A stretch of 64,000 bases of DNA from Schmidtea polychroa (taxonomy: Eukaryota): contig CM097888.1 of assembly GCA_044892525.1 (NCBI GenBank), positions 89,032,001-89,096,000 of the forward strand, read 5' to 3'. The position numbers and the translations under genes were made by a program. Shown piece by piece: positions 34,901 to 48,766 of the stretch. How positions within the stretch are numbered: the first letter of the stretch is position 1; the number at the start of each line of letters is the position of its first letter. Below the pieces are notes generated by a model. The model worked only from the letters and a program-made list of their open reading frames with translations, had not been told where the DNA came from and searched no databases.

Positions 34901-37900
34901 ATTTCAGCTTGAAATTGTAATAAAATTATAAATAAGTTTTAATTGTCAGGCGTAATCAACAAAATGGATTCCAATTGGAAATATAATTCAAATACCTTCC
35001 AGTCCAAATTCATCAAAATCTCCTGGCGAGCTGATTCTGGTGGCATTTTTGCCATGTGGAATGAGTTAAATTAGTTTCATTATTTCCTAACAACTCTAAC
35101 ATTTGCTGTACTAATTTATCCGCTATTTAAAACACCGCTGCTACTTTATTGTCAATTCAATTCTTTATTTCATAATCTTTCCTGAATTTTCTTGCTAATT
35201 TGATCAATTATTTCATATAGTTAATGCTAGTATTCTTGTTGCCCACTTCCTTTTCTTTGGATCTTTATGTGGATCTGAACTTGTGATGTTACGTAATTGC
35301 TTTATGATCCGTTAGCAGAATCCTTTCCCTATATAAGTGGTCTTTAAAATTACTTGTAAATAAATAAATGGGAATAACTCCTTCCTTGTAATGTAGAGTT
35401 CCAATTTATTGGCTTTCATTGCATGAGGGTCATATATAATCATTTCTTTATTTGCATTTTCATCACCTTAGGATAATACTGCCCCAATGCCATAGAAACT
35501 GGCTCTCCTATACAATAGAAATTCCCTGAAGAAGTCATAGTCGCTAAGCTTAAATGCTTCCAAAACAATATTTGAAACATTCATAGTGAGCTTACATATA
35601 TCAGTTCATATTAATTTGTTTTCAATGCATGCTTGAAGCGCTTAATGCTTTTTAAAAATAACTATGGTTTCTTCGATAAGTCTTACAACCACGAATAGTT
35701 CTAATTTAGGATCTGAATTTAAATATACAACGACAGGACACCAACCAACAGATCGAATTCTCATACTATATTGCCAAAAAAACAAATTTCCAAGTTCTTA
35801 GTTTTCCAATATTTAAAATAACAAAGCCAACGATGTGAATAAATTTGAATTTTGTATCTCCGCTACTATATAGTTTTTCTTAAATTTTTCAACGGAATCT
35901 AAGTCAATAAGTGACGGACTCTGAAACGCACAGGGTGCAATAATGCCTTAATACGGCCCTGATAATTATTGCCATATTTATTGTAATTATTATCAATATA
36001 ATTTTTTCACAACATTTCTTATTGAAACAAAACTTAATGTATTTTCATATTCTAAACCATGTCAACACAATGAAATTATCCACATATTAGTTAATATATA
36101 ATATTATAAATGGAATATAAATATTTACATAAAAGATAAATTCATTTATATATAATTCTACTCGAGCTTTGTTTATATGCTGTGGGGAAATATTATATTA
36201 TTCAAAATTATAAATGGTTTTGTTAAATGCAAGTTTATAAAGAGTAAATCTAATAATAATATAAAAAATAAATAATATTTATTAATTTCAATTCATTGCA
36301 GAAAGATTTCAGTAAAGTTCCAAGTAGAAAGAAATAACCTTGACTGTCTATATCATGACAGAATTGAATTAATAAATATCACAAAAAGTGAGATTTTGAT
36401 AATTATTTTTATAACCGGTAAAATATATAGTAAATAAATCTCATTGGCTTGTGTAATGAATGAATTGTGATTGGTTGATTGACACTTGATAAATGTTGTG
36501 CCGAGCATTTGTGGTTATCCCTAATAATTTATTGGTCCACTGTCAGCTAATAATATATTCTATTTATTTTCATTAATTGACACAAAATGAATTAAACATT
36601 TTCTCATACATCAATGCTATTGGTAGGGAATAATTTATTGAATACAGAGGAAATGCGGCTGGGACGCAGCATTATTTGTTTCTATGCTTTGTTATGTTAG
36701 GGGAGAATTTGAACCTTTCTGTTATTTGGCTCTCTACTGAGCTGGGAGCGGTCAAAGGGGCTGGAACGGATCTTCATGAGCTTGCTGTTGACTGCTGATT
36801 GGAGCTGAATGCTGATTTTATATACCAATAATCGGCGATGGTCTAGAATAAGGATATGAAAAAAATAATAATAATCAATTAATAAGGATTATGAAAAAAA
36901 TAATAATAATCAATTAAAAATATATATAGGCGACGCTCTAGTATATTAATATAAATAATTAATTAATTGATTGTAAGTTTTTATATATAGTCTGAATTTA
37001 TCCGACAAAATATTTTGTCCCCCTATGTGTATTTGTAGTAAGGGTACTGGTCACATTCAACATGTCGCAAGGGTATATTAATTATATTTTATAATCAATT
37101 AATTATTTATATTAATATTGCCCCCCCCTTATACTAGAGCGTCGCCTATATATATTTTTAATTGATTATTATTATTTTTTTCATATCCTTATTCTAGACC
37201 ATCGCCCCAATAATCAATAATATTAATAATAATAATAGTGAAATATATTCAGCGATAACTGATAAATATCAACCAAATCAAAATGGCCGCCTTTATTTAT
37301 CATTTGATGGAAATGTTATCGGCATAAAGGTAATTTATATTTTGTTTTGCTAGAGCTTTATCTTTATTTGGTTGTTTTCACTATGAATATGTTATCAGTT
37401 CAAGGGATTGGATCAATCAATATTGATTCTGATCTGAATGTTTGTGAGCAATGAACCGGAAAGTGCTCATAATAATATCACAATTGGATAAATATAATTT
37501 GCAACAGCAATGATGCCAATCTGGCAATGTTAATGTTTATTGCAATTAATAGTTCTAATTATAGCAACAACGCAATTAATATTAATATTAATATTATCCA
37601 ATCAAATGGCTAGACAACAATTATGCATAAGAAATGCAAATGCTGATCTCAATTATATATTTAGAACTTTGTGAATGAAAATTTCTGCTGAAAATATAAG
37701 ATAGTTAATGTCAATGAACTTTATCATTTTATTCTGTACAGCAACAAATAATATCAAATATTAATCATAATGTGAAATATAATGATAATTAATGCAAATG
37801 TCAATGAACCTTATCAACTCTACAGCAATAAATAATATCAGACAATTCATTTTCTAATATAAAATATTTATAATGTCATAAATTCTCATATCAATCAAAT

Positions 37901-40052
37901 GAATGCTGAAAAAAAACGGCTGGTGTAATAAGAACCAGAATCATATATATTATTTATCAATGAATTCTGGACAGCAACAACAAATAATATCAAATATTAT
38001 TCATAATGTGAAATATAATGATAATCGCAAGCAAATATATAAAGCTGCAATCAGATATAATTGGCATATATAACTCTCCCTATCTCCCTCTCACGGGCAT
38101 TTGGGCACCCCGTTGCCATGGCTGCATGATTGCATATATATGCCTGCTTTGTAGCACTTGGAGCTTTTATCATTGAGATGAAGCAATGCCAATTGGACAT
38201 TTGTGATAAATATCGGTGGGTTATTACCAGTGGCGTTACTAGGGGGATGCGGGGGATGCGGACCGCACTGGGTGACACCAAATAAAATATTTGAAAATAT
38301 ACTAAATAAAGCCTCCAATAACTACTTATATATGCTATTTAAATATTGTGTCAATTTTGATTTTCAAACCCTATTGAAATATTTTTTCTTTCCTCTGTTG
38401 GCTGACACTGCCGGAGATATCTGCTCAACGATGATGTTTTTTAAAATGTTCTATATTATTCTAATTATTATTTTTTAATTTATTCTATTTTTTTTTAATT
38501 TCTTTATATATTGTCAGTTATTCTCAAAGTCAATGACAACAGATCAAATTCATGATTTCATTGATTTCTTCTTTAGTGTTGATCTTTGGCTGTCTGTTTA
38601 TAATGAGAATTGCTTCTTTGAATCTGACATTTTTCTTTTGGATGTTTCCATTAGCTATGATTTCTATTGAAATATTTTTTCTTTCCTCTGTTGGCTGACA
38701 CTGCCGGAGATGTCTGCCCAACGAGGATGTTCCACCAGGATCTAGATGTTCTTTAACTCTTTGGTGCAAGGTCCTGAGGGTACTACAAATGTAGATTTCA
38801 TTGCATACATTGCACGTGATGCAATAGACGATGTTTTTTCTTAAAGCACATATCTTTCGGTGTCTGGCAGTTTTTCATTTTCTCTATTTATGTTGCCTGC
38901 CAGAGCCCTTCTCAATGTCCAAGATTTATGTGCTATCCGAATTGGAAGACCGATACGTTTAAGTTCTTTCAGGATCTTGAAGTCGAGTATGTCACTGATG
39001 AATGGGATATTCAGATAGAAATATTTCTGATTCTTTTGTGTTAATTCCCTAGATCTTCTTGGGGTAGAATTCATTCTTTCAATGTCCTCACCTTGGTATC
39101 CATTTCGCTGTAGGATTTTATTGAAATTTAATTGTACTTTAAAGTTTTCGTTTTTCTCCGTGCATCGATTGGCTATTCTTCGTTTCTCGTTTCTTATGAC
39201 ATGTACTTTCTGTAAGTATTGAAGCGCTGATCTTTAGTGCATAAATATTTCTTTGCGAGCTGGTTTTCTGTAGAACCCGTATGTTTGAGTGTTTCCTTCT
39301 ATTTTGATTCTCAAATTCAATAAATTGAGGGATCCATCTTCTTCCGGATATTCGATTTCGAACTTAAAATATTAATGAGCCGCATTGAATGCATGAAATA
39401 TTTCCTCCGCTTCTTTTCTGCTTTTGGTCGTGATGAAGATATCATCTACATATCTTGCATAGAAACCGATGGATTGTATGGTCCTCAGTGTTTGTCGTTC
39501 GAGGTTTTCCATAAATATGATTGCTAGCAATCCTGATATGCTAGAACCCATAGGCAGACCTTTAACTTGTTTTTAGAATATTTTGTTCAAAGAAATTAAA
39601 AAAAAATAGAATTATTTAAAAAGTAATAATTAGAATAATATAGAAAAAATTTTTAAAAAATAGGGTTTGAAAATCAAAATTGACACATTTATTGAAATAT
39701 TTAAATAGCATATATAAGTGGTTATTGGAGGCTTTATTTAGAATATTTTCAAATATTTTATTAGGCTTCTAGAAGCTAATTATAGAAGCTGTAAAAAAAT
39801 TTAAATATTTTTAGTTTGTGTCATTTTGAAATTTTAAATGTAAAAATTTTAAAAGTTTTTAGTAAAACAATTCATTATATTTACAACCAATGAGAATTAA
39901 GAGAACGGAAATAAAAGAAAGATTGAAAGGTATTTTAGGGAAGAACATTGCTTAATTCCAGGAGATTGACAAGGACTATCGTATAGTCGAAAATTCTTTC
40001 ATTAAATACATTATTTGCAGCAAAAGGCTTAAATTATCATTTTATTGTTTTA

Positions 40053-40102
<50 letters not shown>

Positions 40103-43100
40103 TAATATTAATCAGTTCGTACAAAACAATTCTACAATAAATACAAAGTCACATGTTGCCAAAGATTTATCCAAAGAGCATTTCACATCAATCTCAATGC
40201 TAAGCGCTCCTGGATTCATTGGTAATGCGCTTTGTGATCATGTGAATGGTTATTATGAATTCCTCTAGACATCGTCCACAAATTGAGGCCCTCTCAATAT
40301 CAATGGCAGCCCTTCCATAGCAAATTCTTTGTCAATAAATCTAGTAATTTATTATTCTGTTTCTCATAAATGTTTCCAAGCGCGATTGGCATGGCAACCT
40401 TTCAGCCTGGCCATTTGATATAAATAGTGTTGATGAGACATGAGCACATATTTACTGCATGAAATGACATAAATATATCATTCTAGATCATTCCGCCATT
40501 GCAAGCATCTCACCCCATGCAATGAGAGATCCTGGGGAAATGGTAAATATTTGTTTGTTTTATATTTTGTATGATTTATCTGATTGTTGCGCATTGCCAA
40601 TAAGTGATTGGTGCGGATAATAACCCCATTGGCCACTGGTGAACCATTTCCCCATTCATGCTATGGGAACCTATTTGTAATGCTGTGGGGAAATGGATTC
40701 ATTATTGTAATATTTGATACCAAATGCTCAGCGCTGATTATATTCACCGTGACCTCAGGGCTTTGAATGCTTCCATTCATCCGTTATGATTATATATACG
40801 GTTTATAGATCTCCCTGATGATGCTGGGAATCATTGGGACAATGCTGCGATCTAGATCAGATATGGAAACGCTTATTTTGTGTCACCTAGCGCTTATATT
40901 CTCTTATTCTCATTGCATTTGATTGAGTGTTATTGGAGGAATGTGTTTATTGCACCTATAATTGTTGGTGTTCCTTTTGATACCGCACCAATTGCAATGG
41001 CTAGAGATACCTGAGCATGATTTGCGGCTTCCTGGAAGGCATTTTTATGAATTCTTTGCACTTTTATGAAAGGTCTTGAAAGATATTACGAGGTCATGTT
41101 ATTGAGACGCTTTCAGGAGATGTTCGTGGTGATTCTTGATCAGCCTTTGCAATCTGATGCCTTTGATGCTGCTGATATTGCCATTGAGGGGCTGACAGCG
41201 AGAGTGATCAACAAATGCAATCACCAAAAATCGATCAGTAAAACAACTAAGGGATAATGATAATAATAATGACAATATGCAACCTAGTACCGGCACTCCT
41301 TCAGTCAACCTAAAATAGAAGGGGCTAAGGTAGCTCGCAGTGAAGCCTGGAGCACAAAAGTTTTGCAACAATTGCAGTGATAAACTTGCAATGTGCTTGG
41401 AATGTTTCAATGTAAAACATCATTAAATACCATTTATAAAATAATTTTATTATATGTTATACGTGATGTTATATTTCATTATAGTGAATTTCTTTTGATT
41501 TCTAAATAAAATACAAAATATTTTAATTTCTTTCAACAAAATGTTTTTTTAAATTTTAAGTACTATTTAAATAGTTTACTATAAAATGTTTGTGTGCCAC
41601 CAGTGGTAAACGCATAATATAATCAATTTTTGAATATTCCTCACAGTCGTAAGTATAAAAACATAGTTTTAATATAATATGTTAGCATTTTCATAAAGTC
41701 CTATAAACATGCACACCGTGAACCACCGGTGGCGCACACAACCAGAAAATAAATCGCTACTGTATCACCTGTGGTACACAATTTCCAAATGGCAAAAACT
41801 TTCAAATAAACAAATTTCACGAACGTTTTAACATTTGGATGGGGTTGCACAATTTTGGTTTTATATTTCGATATGTTGCACAATTGTTAATATTTGCTCT
41901 TTGCTGAATATTCTTTATGCATTTCAGGATTCTCGATCTGTTGTCCAAGGTTATTATGATTTATTATATTTTATATTTTGTTTTAACCATTGCCATATTT
42001 GCCAATATTATTATTATTATTATTAATTGAGTAAGCAAAGATTTCATGTAAAATAGCCTAAAATAATGTTATTATAGGAATGTATCTCATTTTTCACATT
42101 TCTATTGCTATAGATAGAGTAGCTTATTGCAGTTGCAATGAATAACATCTGAGTGAATAGTTGTGTTTCGATATTATAAGGTGAATGTGTTTTTATTATA
42201 TTATAGGGGGGCTCTTAGTGCAGTTTAATATAAATTTAATATAATTTGATATTAAAATCCAAGATTTAATTATTTTATCTGTTGATTGGCCTGGGTCAAT
42301 TTGTTCGGTTTCTTCAACTTCAGGAAATAGTTCTGATGATTCGATTTCTTGAGCAAGTTGAATGATTTTGTTAGGCACTTTTGAATTGAATTTTAAATTT
42401 TGGAAAGTAAAATTAAAGTGTATAGATAAACAAATATGTAGTGTAGTGTTTTATTTTGTAATTAGGATTTATAATAGTTTATTAGTTTTGTTTTCGCATA
42501 ATGCGTAAAAGAAAAAAAACTATATAGCGATAATTTACTGTAGTCTACTATTGTCTTCTTGAAATCATCTAAATCATTGGACACAAAATAAAAAAAATAA
42601 GGAAGCTGAAAGAAAAGCTCAATATTTTTATCAAAAGTCTAAAGTAATTTCATTTTCTATTAATGAAAGTTGTGATAGTTTGATCATCCATATTTTATTG
42701 TAAATACACATACATACAAGCACCCTAGCGGTTCCGAGAGTATTTTTAAAGCAGACTCGGCTGGGCTCTACTAATTTTCTTGTTACAAACCAATCACCAC
42801 TAATAATACCATAATAGGTAAAATTATAATACCAACATAATTAATTCCGAATTATCATCATAATAAAATATATTTGAATTATTTAATATAATATTGTGGT
42901 GATTATCTAACCAAATCTGGTTTCCTAGCCATAAGATTTATTTGAATATCAGCATATTTAATATTAGCTTCTTGCAATGATTTCTTTATTTTCAAGCAAT
43001 AGGGACATGTAGAAGATAACCAAAACTGGTGAAACAATAATCTCATTAATCCATTCTCCCAACGACGTATGAATAGGTGGCATTTGTTACAATAATACAA

Positions 43101-44495
43101 ATGCGTTAATCTTGAATATGTAAGGGATAACACAGATATATTTTAGAATCACAAAATAATTTATTGTCCTCAAAGTTACTTTTAAATTTCAACTCACAAA
43201 GAATATATTCAAAAAAACTAGCATTTACTTAAAAAATTAAAACAACATGATTTTGTTTAATATCAATAAATAAATATATAATTTATTTATTATAACTCAA
43301 AAAACACGATATTCTTTGATTAACCAAAAAAATGTATTTAATTGTTCACTACTAATCATAAAAAGTAACAATTAATTATCAAGCTTCCAATTTATTCAGA
43401 TATCCCAATCAAATTATTTGTTCGTTATTTCTTGGATCCATAATTGATTTGTGTAGTGGTTGGATAACAAATCTATTCGGGTTCATATTATTGTTAGGAT
43501 TTGTTACATATTTCGCGAATTATAATGTTGGTCTATGAGAGTCAACACTAAAATTATTGGGGGCCAAATACAGTTAATCTTGATAATAATAACATGGCAT
43601 CGAATTTGCTTTACTCGTCTGAGATTGATTAATAGAGCCTGATTGATAAGTAGAAGTATTAGCTGATTGCATGAATTTTGATTGACTCTTGGAGTGAGAT
43701 ATATTAGACTGCGATGTTCCATCTAATGTGCAATTATAGGTGATATTTGATTGGCCATAATTGTGTTCTGATTTATCCTTATTCGCTAATGATCCCATTT
43801 ATATATAATATAATATAATATAATATAGTATAATATTTATATAGATTTTGTTAAGGCCGTGTAACGGCTCACTACAAATATTTTAATAAATAGTGACAAA
43901 TTTTGTATTATAAATCTGATATTGTTATCACCACACATGTAAAGAAATATATATTGGTAATATCCTAATATCCGTTTTCTAATTACCATTCATATTTGAT
44001 GAAAACCTTCACTTCATTGAAAAGATACTCCTCAACAAGTACAAAGGAATATTCTCATTAATTGTGAATATTTTATGACCTCAACTTGCCCTCTGGGGAT
44101 CCTGCAATTCTAAAAGCCCAATTCAAATCGTTGTATAAAAGCTTAGAGTGAAACTTTTGGCAAGATTTATTGCTGGCCTATAAGGGTTTATTTCCATCTA
44201 TTAATGATGTGAATATTAATATATATCTGGTGGATGATCGCAATTTCAATTATATAATTTAAACAACATATTTATTGCATCAACACGGATCAGTTATGCT
44301 AATAAATAATCCCAGCCAATGACAACGCAATCTGCCAGCGGCATTTTATTATTTCCTTTGATCTCATTTCTTTCATTTCAGATGTCGCCATTGGAATTTT
44401 ATCTTTTCTTTTGGTGATATTCATTATTTTGACTGCTTATTTTGCTGTGAAATTCAAAAGGAAACGTGAGAAACGAGTGGAAAAGCAGAAAGAGT
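31927..44495 (+). CDS. LamG-EGF single-pass membrane protein (neurexin/CASPR-like), copy 1, partly modelled, probably lesioned
   Basis: Phase-consistent exons 31927-32038 (hydrophobic leader), 32082-32321, 32380-32508, 33397-33690 (FQLAGCISDIIVNG then EGF C..C.NAGVC...CDC..SFLNGRFC), 37253-37329 (LYLSFDGN), and a TM exon from 44382 that has one extra base relative to copy 2. Middle exons unresolved. Confidence 0.7.
33760..34400 (+). mobile_element. Internally deleted MULE (FLYWCH plus post-catalytic region); second copy 50780-51380
   Basis: GKPLLRDGEFQY...IYW..C...CKA joined to LMALPFIP...FIDFYERTY...NNVADG.HARF...HHATIWRF. Confidence 0.78.
34950..35961 (-). mobile_element. Truncated hAT (ZMYM1-like transposase) relic
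   Basis: Homologous to part of 52330-54194; terminus CAGGGCCGTATTAAGG on the minus strand at about 35961. Confidence 0.65.
36834..37206. mobile_element. 373-bp MITE with long TIRs and a perfect 9-bp TSD
   Basis: TSD CCAATAATC at 36825-36833 and 37207-37215; GG termini; TIR of at least 77 bp (left arm has a 35-bp internal duplication); empty site in copy 2 at about 55069-55077. Confidence 0.95.
38530..39575 (-). mobile_element. Penelope-like element, 5'-truncated RT plus GIY-YIG; second copy 56417-57460
   Basis: GLPMGSSISGLLA, RYVDDIF, YRKP, YLNIPFIS, YCITCNVCNEIYI..TLR.LHQRVKEH...FKEAILI...PKIN. Confidence 0.92.
41240..41425 (+). mobile_element. Possible piggyBac C-terminal Cys-rich relic; second copy about 59140-59322
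   Basis: KFCNNCSDKLAMCLECFN.KH followed by a stop; in-frame stops upstream. Confidence 0.45.
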
Positions 44496-44612
44496 AAGGA
44501 TTTATTTCTTGATAAAATTACTGATTTCTAGAATTGGATTGCTTTGTGATCCCCGCTCCTTGCTAAAATAGCGAAATATAACGATAAAATAAAAATAGCT
44601 GGAAAGCGGACT

Positions 44613-44715
44613 GTAAATTGCACATAAATAGCCAGCATAAATTGCACATAAATTGCATATAAATTGCACATAAATTGCATATAAATTGCATATAAATTGC
44701 CAGCATAAATTGCAT
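44613..44715. repeat. 11/13-bp minisatellite (ATAAATTGCA[TC], ATAAAT[AT]GCCAGC), 9 units
   Basis: Counted directly. Confidence 0.95.
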
Positions 44716-46499
44716 AGGAATGCGCTTGGTTGTGGGCAGCATAAATGGAACATGAATGAATGATAGATGAATCGAGATGGGGAAATATGAGAAGGGAAAT
44801 GCTCCAACACAGCTCCAATATGGTAAAGAATCACATATTGAGGAATCACATATTGAATATAGTGAAAATGAAATGATTGATGCTAGAAATATTGCTGAAT
44901 GCTTGGCCGTAAATTTGTATTGATGAGAGAAATATTAGATATAATGATAAGGTAGATGAAGCGGTGAAGGGGTACCCCGGGATAATCAATCAATCTGTGA
45001 TGATAATGATGATGATGTAGGCAATGTTGATAGGGTTGTGACAGAGTTGTGACAGTAGGCAACAGGTCAAGGGAGATGAAACAGTTGATGAGATCAATTA
45101 TTCAAAATTTACACATGAGCAATTATTCAATATCAGTTTTATTGATTGGGTGCAATTTTGATTGATTTTGTGCAATCGATATTTGGGTGAATCAATACAA
45201 TATTATCAGATAATTTACCGGGCAGGGGGAGGGGAGGGAGGGGAGCCAGCTTGGATATATATTTGACTGGCTCAGTGAATTCACCCCGTCAAAATGTTGC
45301 CCACTAACCGCAATTTAATGATATTGAGCCAATAGAAATAGTGACGGAATCAGTTGCCCTCCTCTCCAACTGGATTATGCTTGCTTCTATTTGCCTTGCG
45401 CAGTTTAATCATTTCCATTCAATCCGATAATACGCAATCAAATATAATTTGTGTAAAAATATTTATTTATTGAGTTTCGGATTATTTCTGGTTTCGAGTT
45501 GTCTGATTGGTTGGAAATTATTTCTAATAAATATGAAATTGCTATGAAATTGCTCATTTAAATATTATTGATATTATTAACTGAATTTATATTTAATATA
45601 ATTAATTGTTTTTTTGTTTTAATGGGAGATTTTGAATGATTCGGATAATTCATTATTGATGCGATTGACAATAAATATGAAGGAATTTTAATGTTTGTTT
45701 GATTGGTGGTGAAAGCTGATAAAATATTTGATGAGTGCATTGCTAATAACCAGATATGAATGCATGGGGGTCACCTGGGCTGTTTGGGCTGGCTGACTGA
45801 GCTTTGATTGGATGCATTTCACAGCTGGTTTCATTGCTGGATTTGATTGGCTGATTGAGGGATTATAGAGACGAATCAGATATTGTTATTAGCTGAGCAA
45901 TTGGGTGATAACTAAATATATTTCTAGTGCAATTCATTCACTGATATCGGACCCAGAGGATGGAGAAGAAGTAGCAGTTCCAACCGTGCCGCAACAAAGC
46001 AATAAGCAAGACGGATCCGACAAGTTCTTTTAATATCTCAATTAGTAATAATTAATCACGGTTCAGAAGCGGATCTGTATCAACAATTGCCAGTCATTCA
46101 TCACAGTGTAGCGATAGCAGTGTCGCCCCGCTGATAACTAACTCAAAATAACTCAAACAGCTCTATGCAGTAACCAGATATCTGACGGATTCTTTTATTA
46201 TCGCAATTAGCAATAATTAATCACGGTTCAGAACAATTATAGCAGTTATAGCAGTGACGCCTCGCTGGTGTGACATTGTGATATCCTCATGACCTCATTT
46301 TCTATTTCATTAACATTTTCTACATAAAATTTCATATATTTATTTCTTATAAACATTTCTTATTGCCATTGAATTTATAAATAAATAATTGTTGACAGTT
46401 TTATGCAATCCGTCACGCACCGTTGGCAACTGGCGGACAATCTGCTGATTTGCCCATTTACATCTCATTTTCACTCATTATTTCATTGAAATGATGAAT

Positions 46500-48060
46500 A
46501 AAAACCCTTGCAATTGTTATTATATAGAGCATTGCGTCATCAAGCTCCATTATTACATAATCAGTAATCGTAGCGTTCATGAAGCGGTTACAATCAGCAC
46601 AGAAATCCAAGTTCCGCCTGGGATAGAATACGCATTCAACTGCCTAATGAATATAATGACAAAGTTTATGATAATACTCGTGTGATAATATAATGATTGT
46701 GCTGGCTGACATTTAGTGAGGATCTGCAGCTTGTACAAGGATTCATACTCGATCCCGCATCCCATTTGAGTTCTGAACATCCCATTTATTTCTACTAATT
46801 CCCATCGCAATACCTTCTAATGTTGTTTAACAATAAATTACCCACTACGATCAAAATTAGTCCTATATGCTAGTTAGAGGATGTCAGCAAAAGATGGATC
46901 CGATCTCTAGGAATCACTTTCCTGAGGCGCGTCTGGATTCACATTTTCATATTCCTTGTAACAGCTATTTGTTAATTTATAAGATAATTTTGCAACGAAT
47001 GTAATAGTTCTATCTACAATTAACAGTTATTAACATCAGCTGAGTTATTCATTTGAAAATTTTATTCATAGTTTATATTATCTAAACTTGGTCAACGAAA
47101 TCTTTCGATAGGTCCTCCACTTGTGCAATCCGAAACACCTGAAATGATTCATTTCGTACTATCCTGAAGAAGGCTTTGCTGGTGGCCTTACCCCTACAAA
47201 TATACGTTGGGAGTTTGTGTTTATTGAGTTTTGGAACACGTGGAGTCAGAGTAACCAACGGTTGATTTTTAGTATCACAAAACCCAACATATTAATTTGC
47301 TTTTATAAATTGCGAATCTGTGATTAATTTCGCATGTCATTCGATTGATCCACCATCCGTGCAATCCTTAACCCACTGAAACGATTCTTTTCGTACTATT
47401 CTGAAAAAGGCTTTGCTGGTGGCCCTAACCCTTGTAGCGGGTACAATTACTGATTCATTTGATGTTTCGAACTCGAGTGTAGGTACCAACAATAAACAAA
47501 CCAAAATAAAAAACAATATGTGAAACATTGTTAAATAAGTGGATATTAGAATTCGGAACTCCATAAGAACTTCATGTAAATTGTGGAAAGAACTCCGAAA
47601 CAAAAAGTATAAAGCAATTAACAAGCGTAGATGGAATTGAACTAATATTTTCAAGCCCGTATCAGCAGAAGATGAATGGCTTTATTGAAATACTTTTCCG
47701 AGAGATCATAGAGTATGTCAACGCCTAACTATACGAAGGAGCAAGAAATGCTGGAATGATTTACTACCAGAGATGCCCATCTGATAGAGAATTGATGGAA
47801 TGTAATGCAACAAGAATATTGTGGAGTTATTGGTTTGGTGACAATGTTTGTAAATTCAATCTTTTCCTTTAACTCCAAAGCGTGTTTACTAATTCACAAA
47901 TTAGCACTCTCGAATACGATAAGCTTTATTAATATTCACCCGGATCGTACAAATTCCAATTACAAAGGAAGGCTCTTTCCACTTCACACGCATCTGCTTT
48001 CCGCACAACAACCTCATTCCGTCAAACTATACTTCATGCCTCCTAGGACCTAGCACGTTC
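46500..48060 (-). mobile_element. Unassigned decayed transposon debris between the two duplicated blocks
   Basis: Stop-riddled frames with weak piggyBac-like and integrase-like traces; an about 100-bp direct repeat at about 47120-47200 and 47350-47440. Confidence 0.35.
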
Positions 48061-48766
48061 ACACATAACCATCTAATCACACCTCAACTCACACAAGAAT
48101 AATTCCATATAGAATTTATTATAATTTTAACAAAAATTTTCAAAACCATGGAGCGAATTTACTACCAAAGTTTATTTTCAATGATAAGCTTGTATCCAAT
48201 TAATGGATTGGGGGTAATCAACAGATATGATATCTCAATGATAAAACAAAAACACATTTATAGAAAAATTAAGAATATAATAACAAGTTATTTTCACGAA
48301 GAGAATTCCAAGAAATCGATTAGAACGCACAAAATATATAAAACAAATGTATGAAAACACTCCAAAACCTCACAATAAACATCAGAATTAGAATTCTATG
48401 ACACACCTGCATAGTCGACAGGAGCCACGCTTGGGAAATCCCAGGAAACTAAATTCAAACAATAATTCGAGAAATTTACAATTGTTTTGATGATAAACCA
48501 CAACAGACAAAATTACATTGTTGTTGATAAAATTGTAAGTAAATTTTACTGACTTAAATTAAAAATTTTAACTGTTCATTTTGATTATTTTAGTAGTTCA
48601 GTAAATTTAATCAAAAAAATATATTTCTTAGATATTTCTTTTTGTTTATTTTAAATAAAATTATAAAATGATTCAACATTCGTTTGTTTTAGTTTATCAT
48701 TCTAATCTTATTTAAGCTAGGATATAATATTAACTTTTTATTTCAGGTCAAACAGTTAAATATTTA

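Larger units (their letters stand above)
31402..45970 (+). repeat. Segmental duplication, copy 1
   Basis: Collinear with 48254-64000; offsets 16852 (start), 17021, 17865, 17897 and about 18030 (end). Confidence 0.97.
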
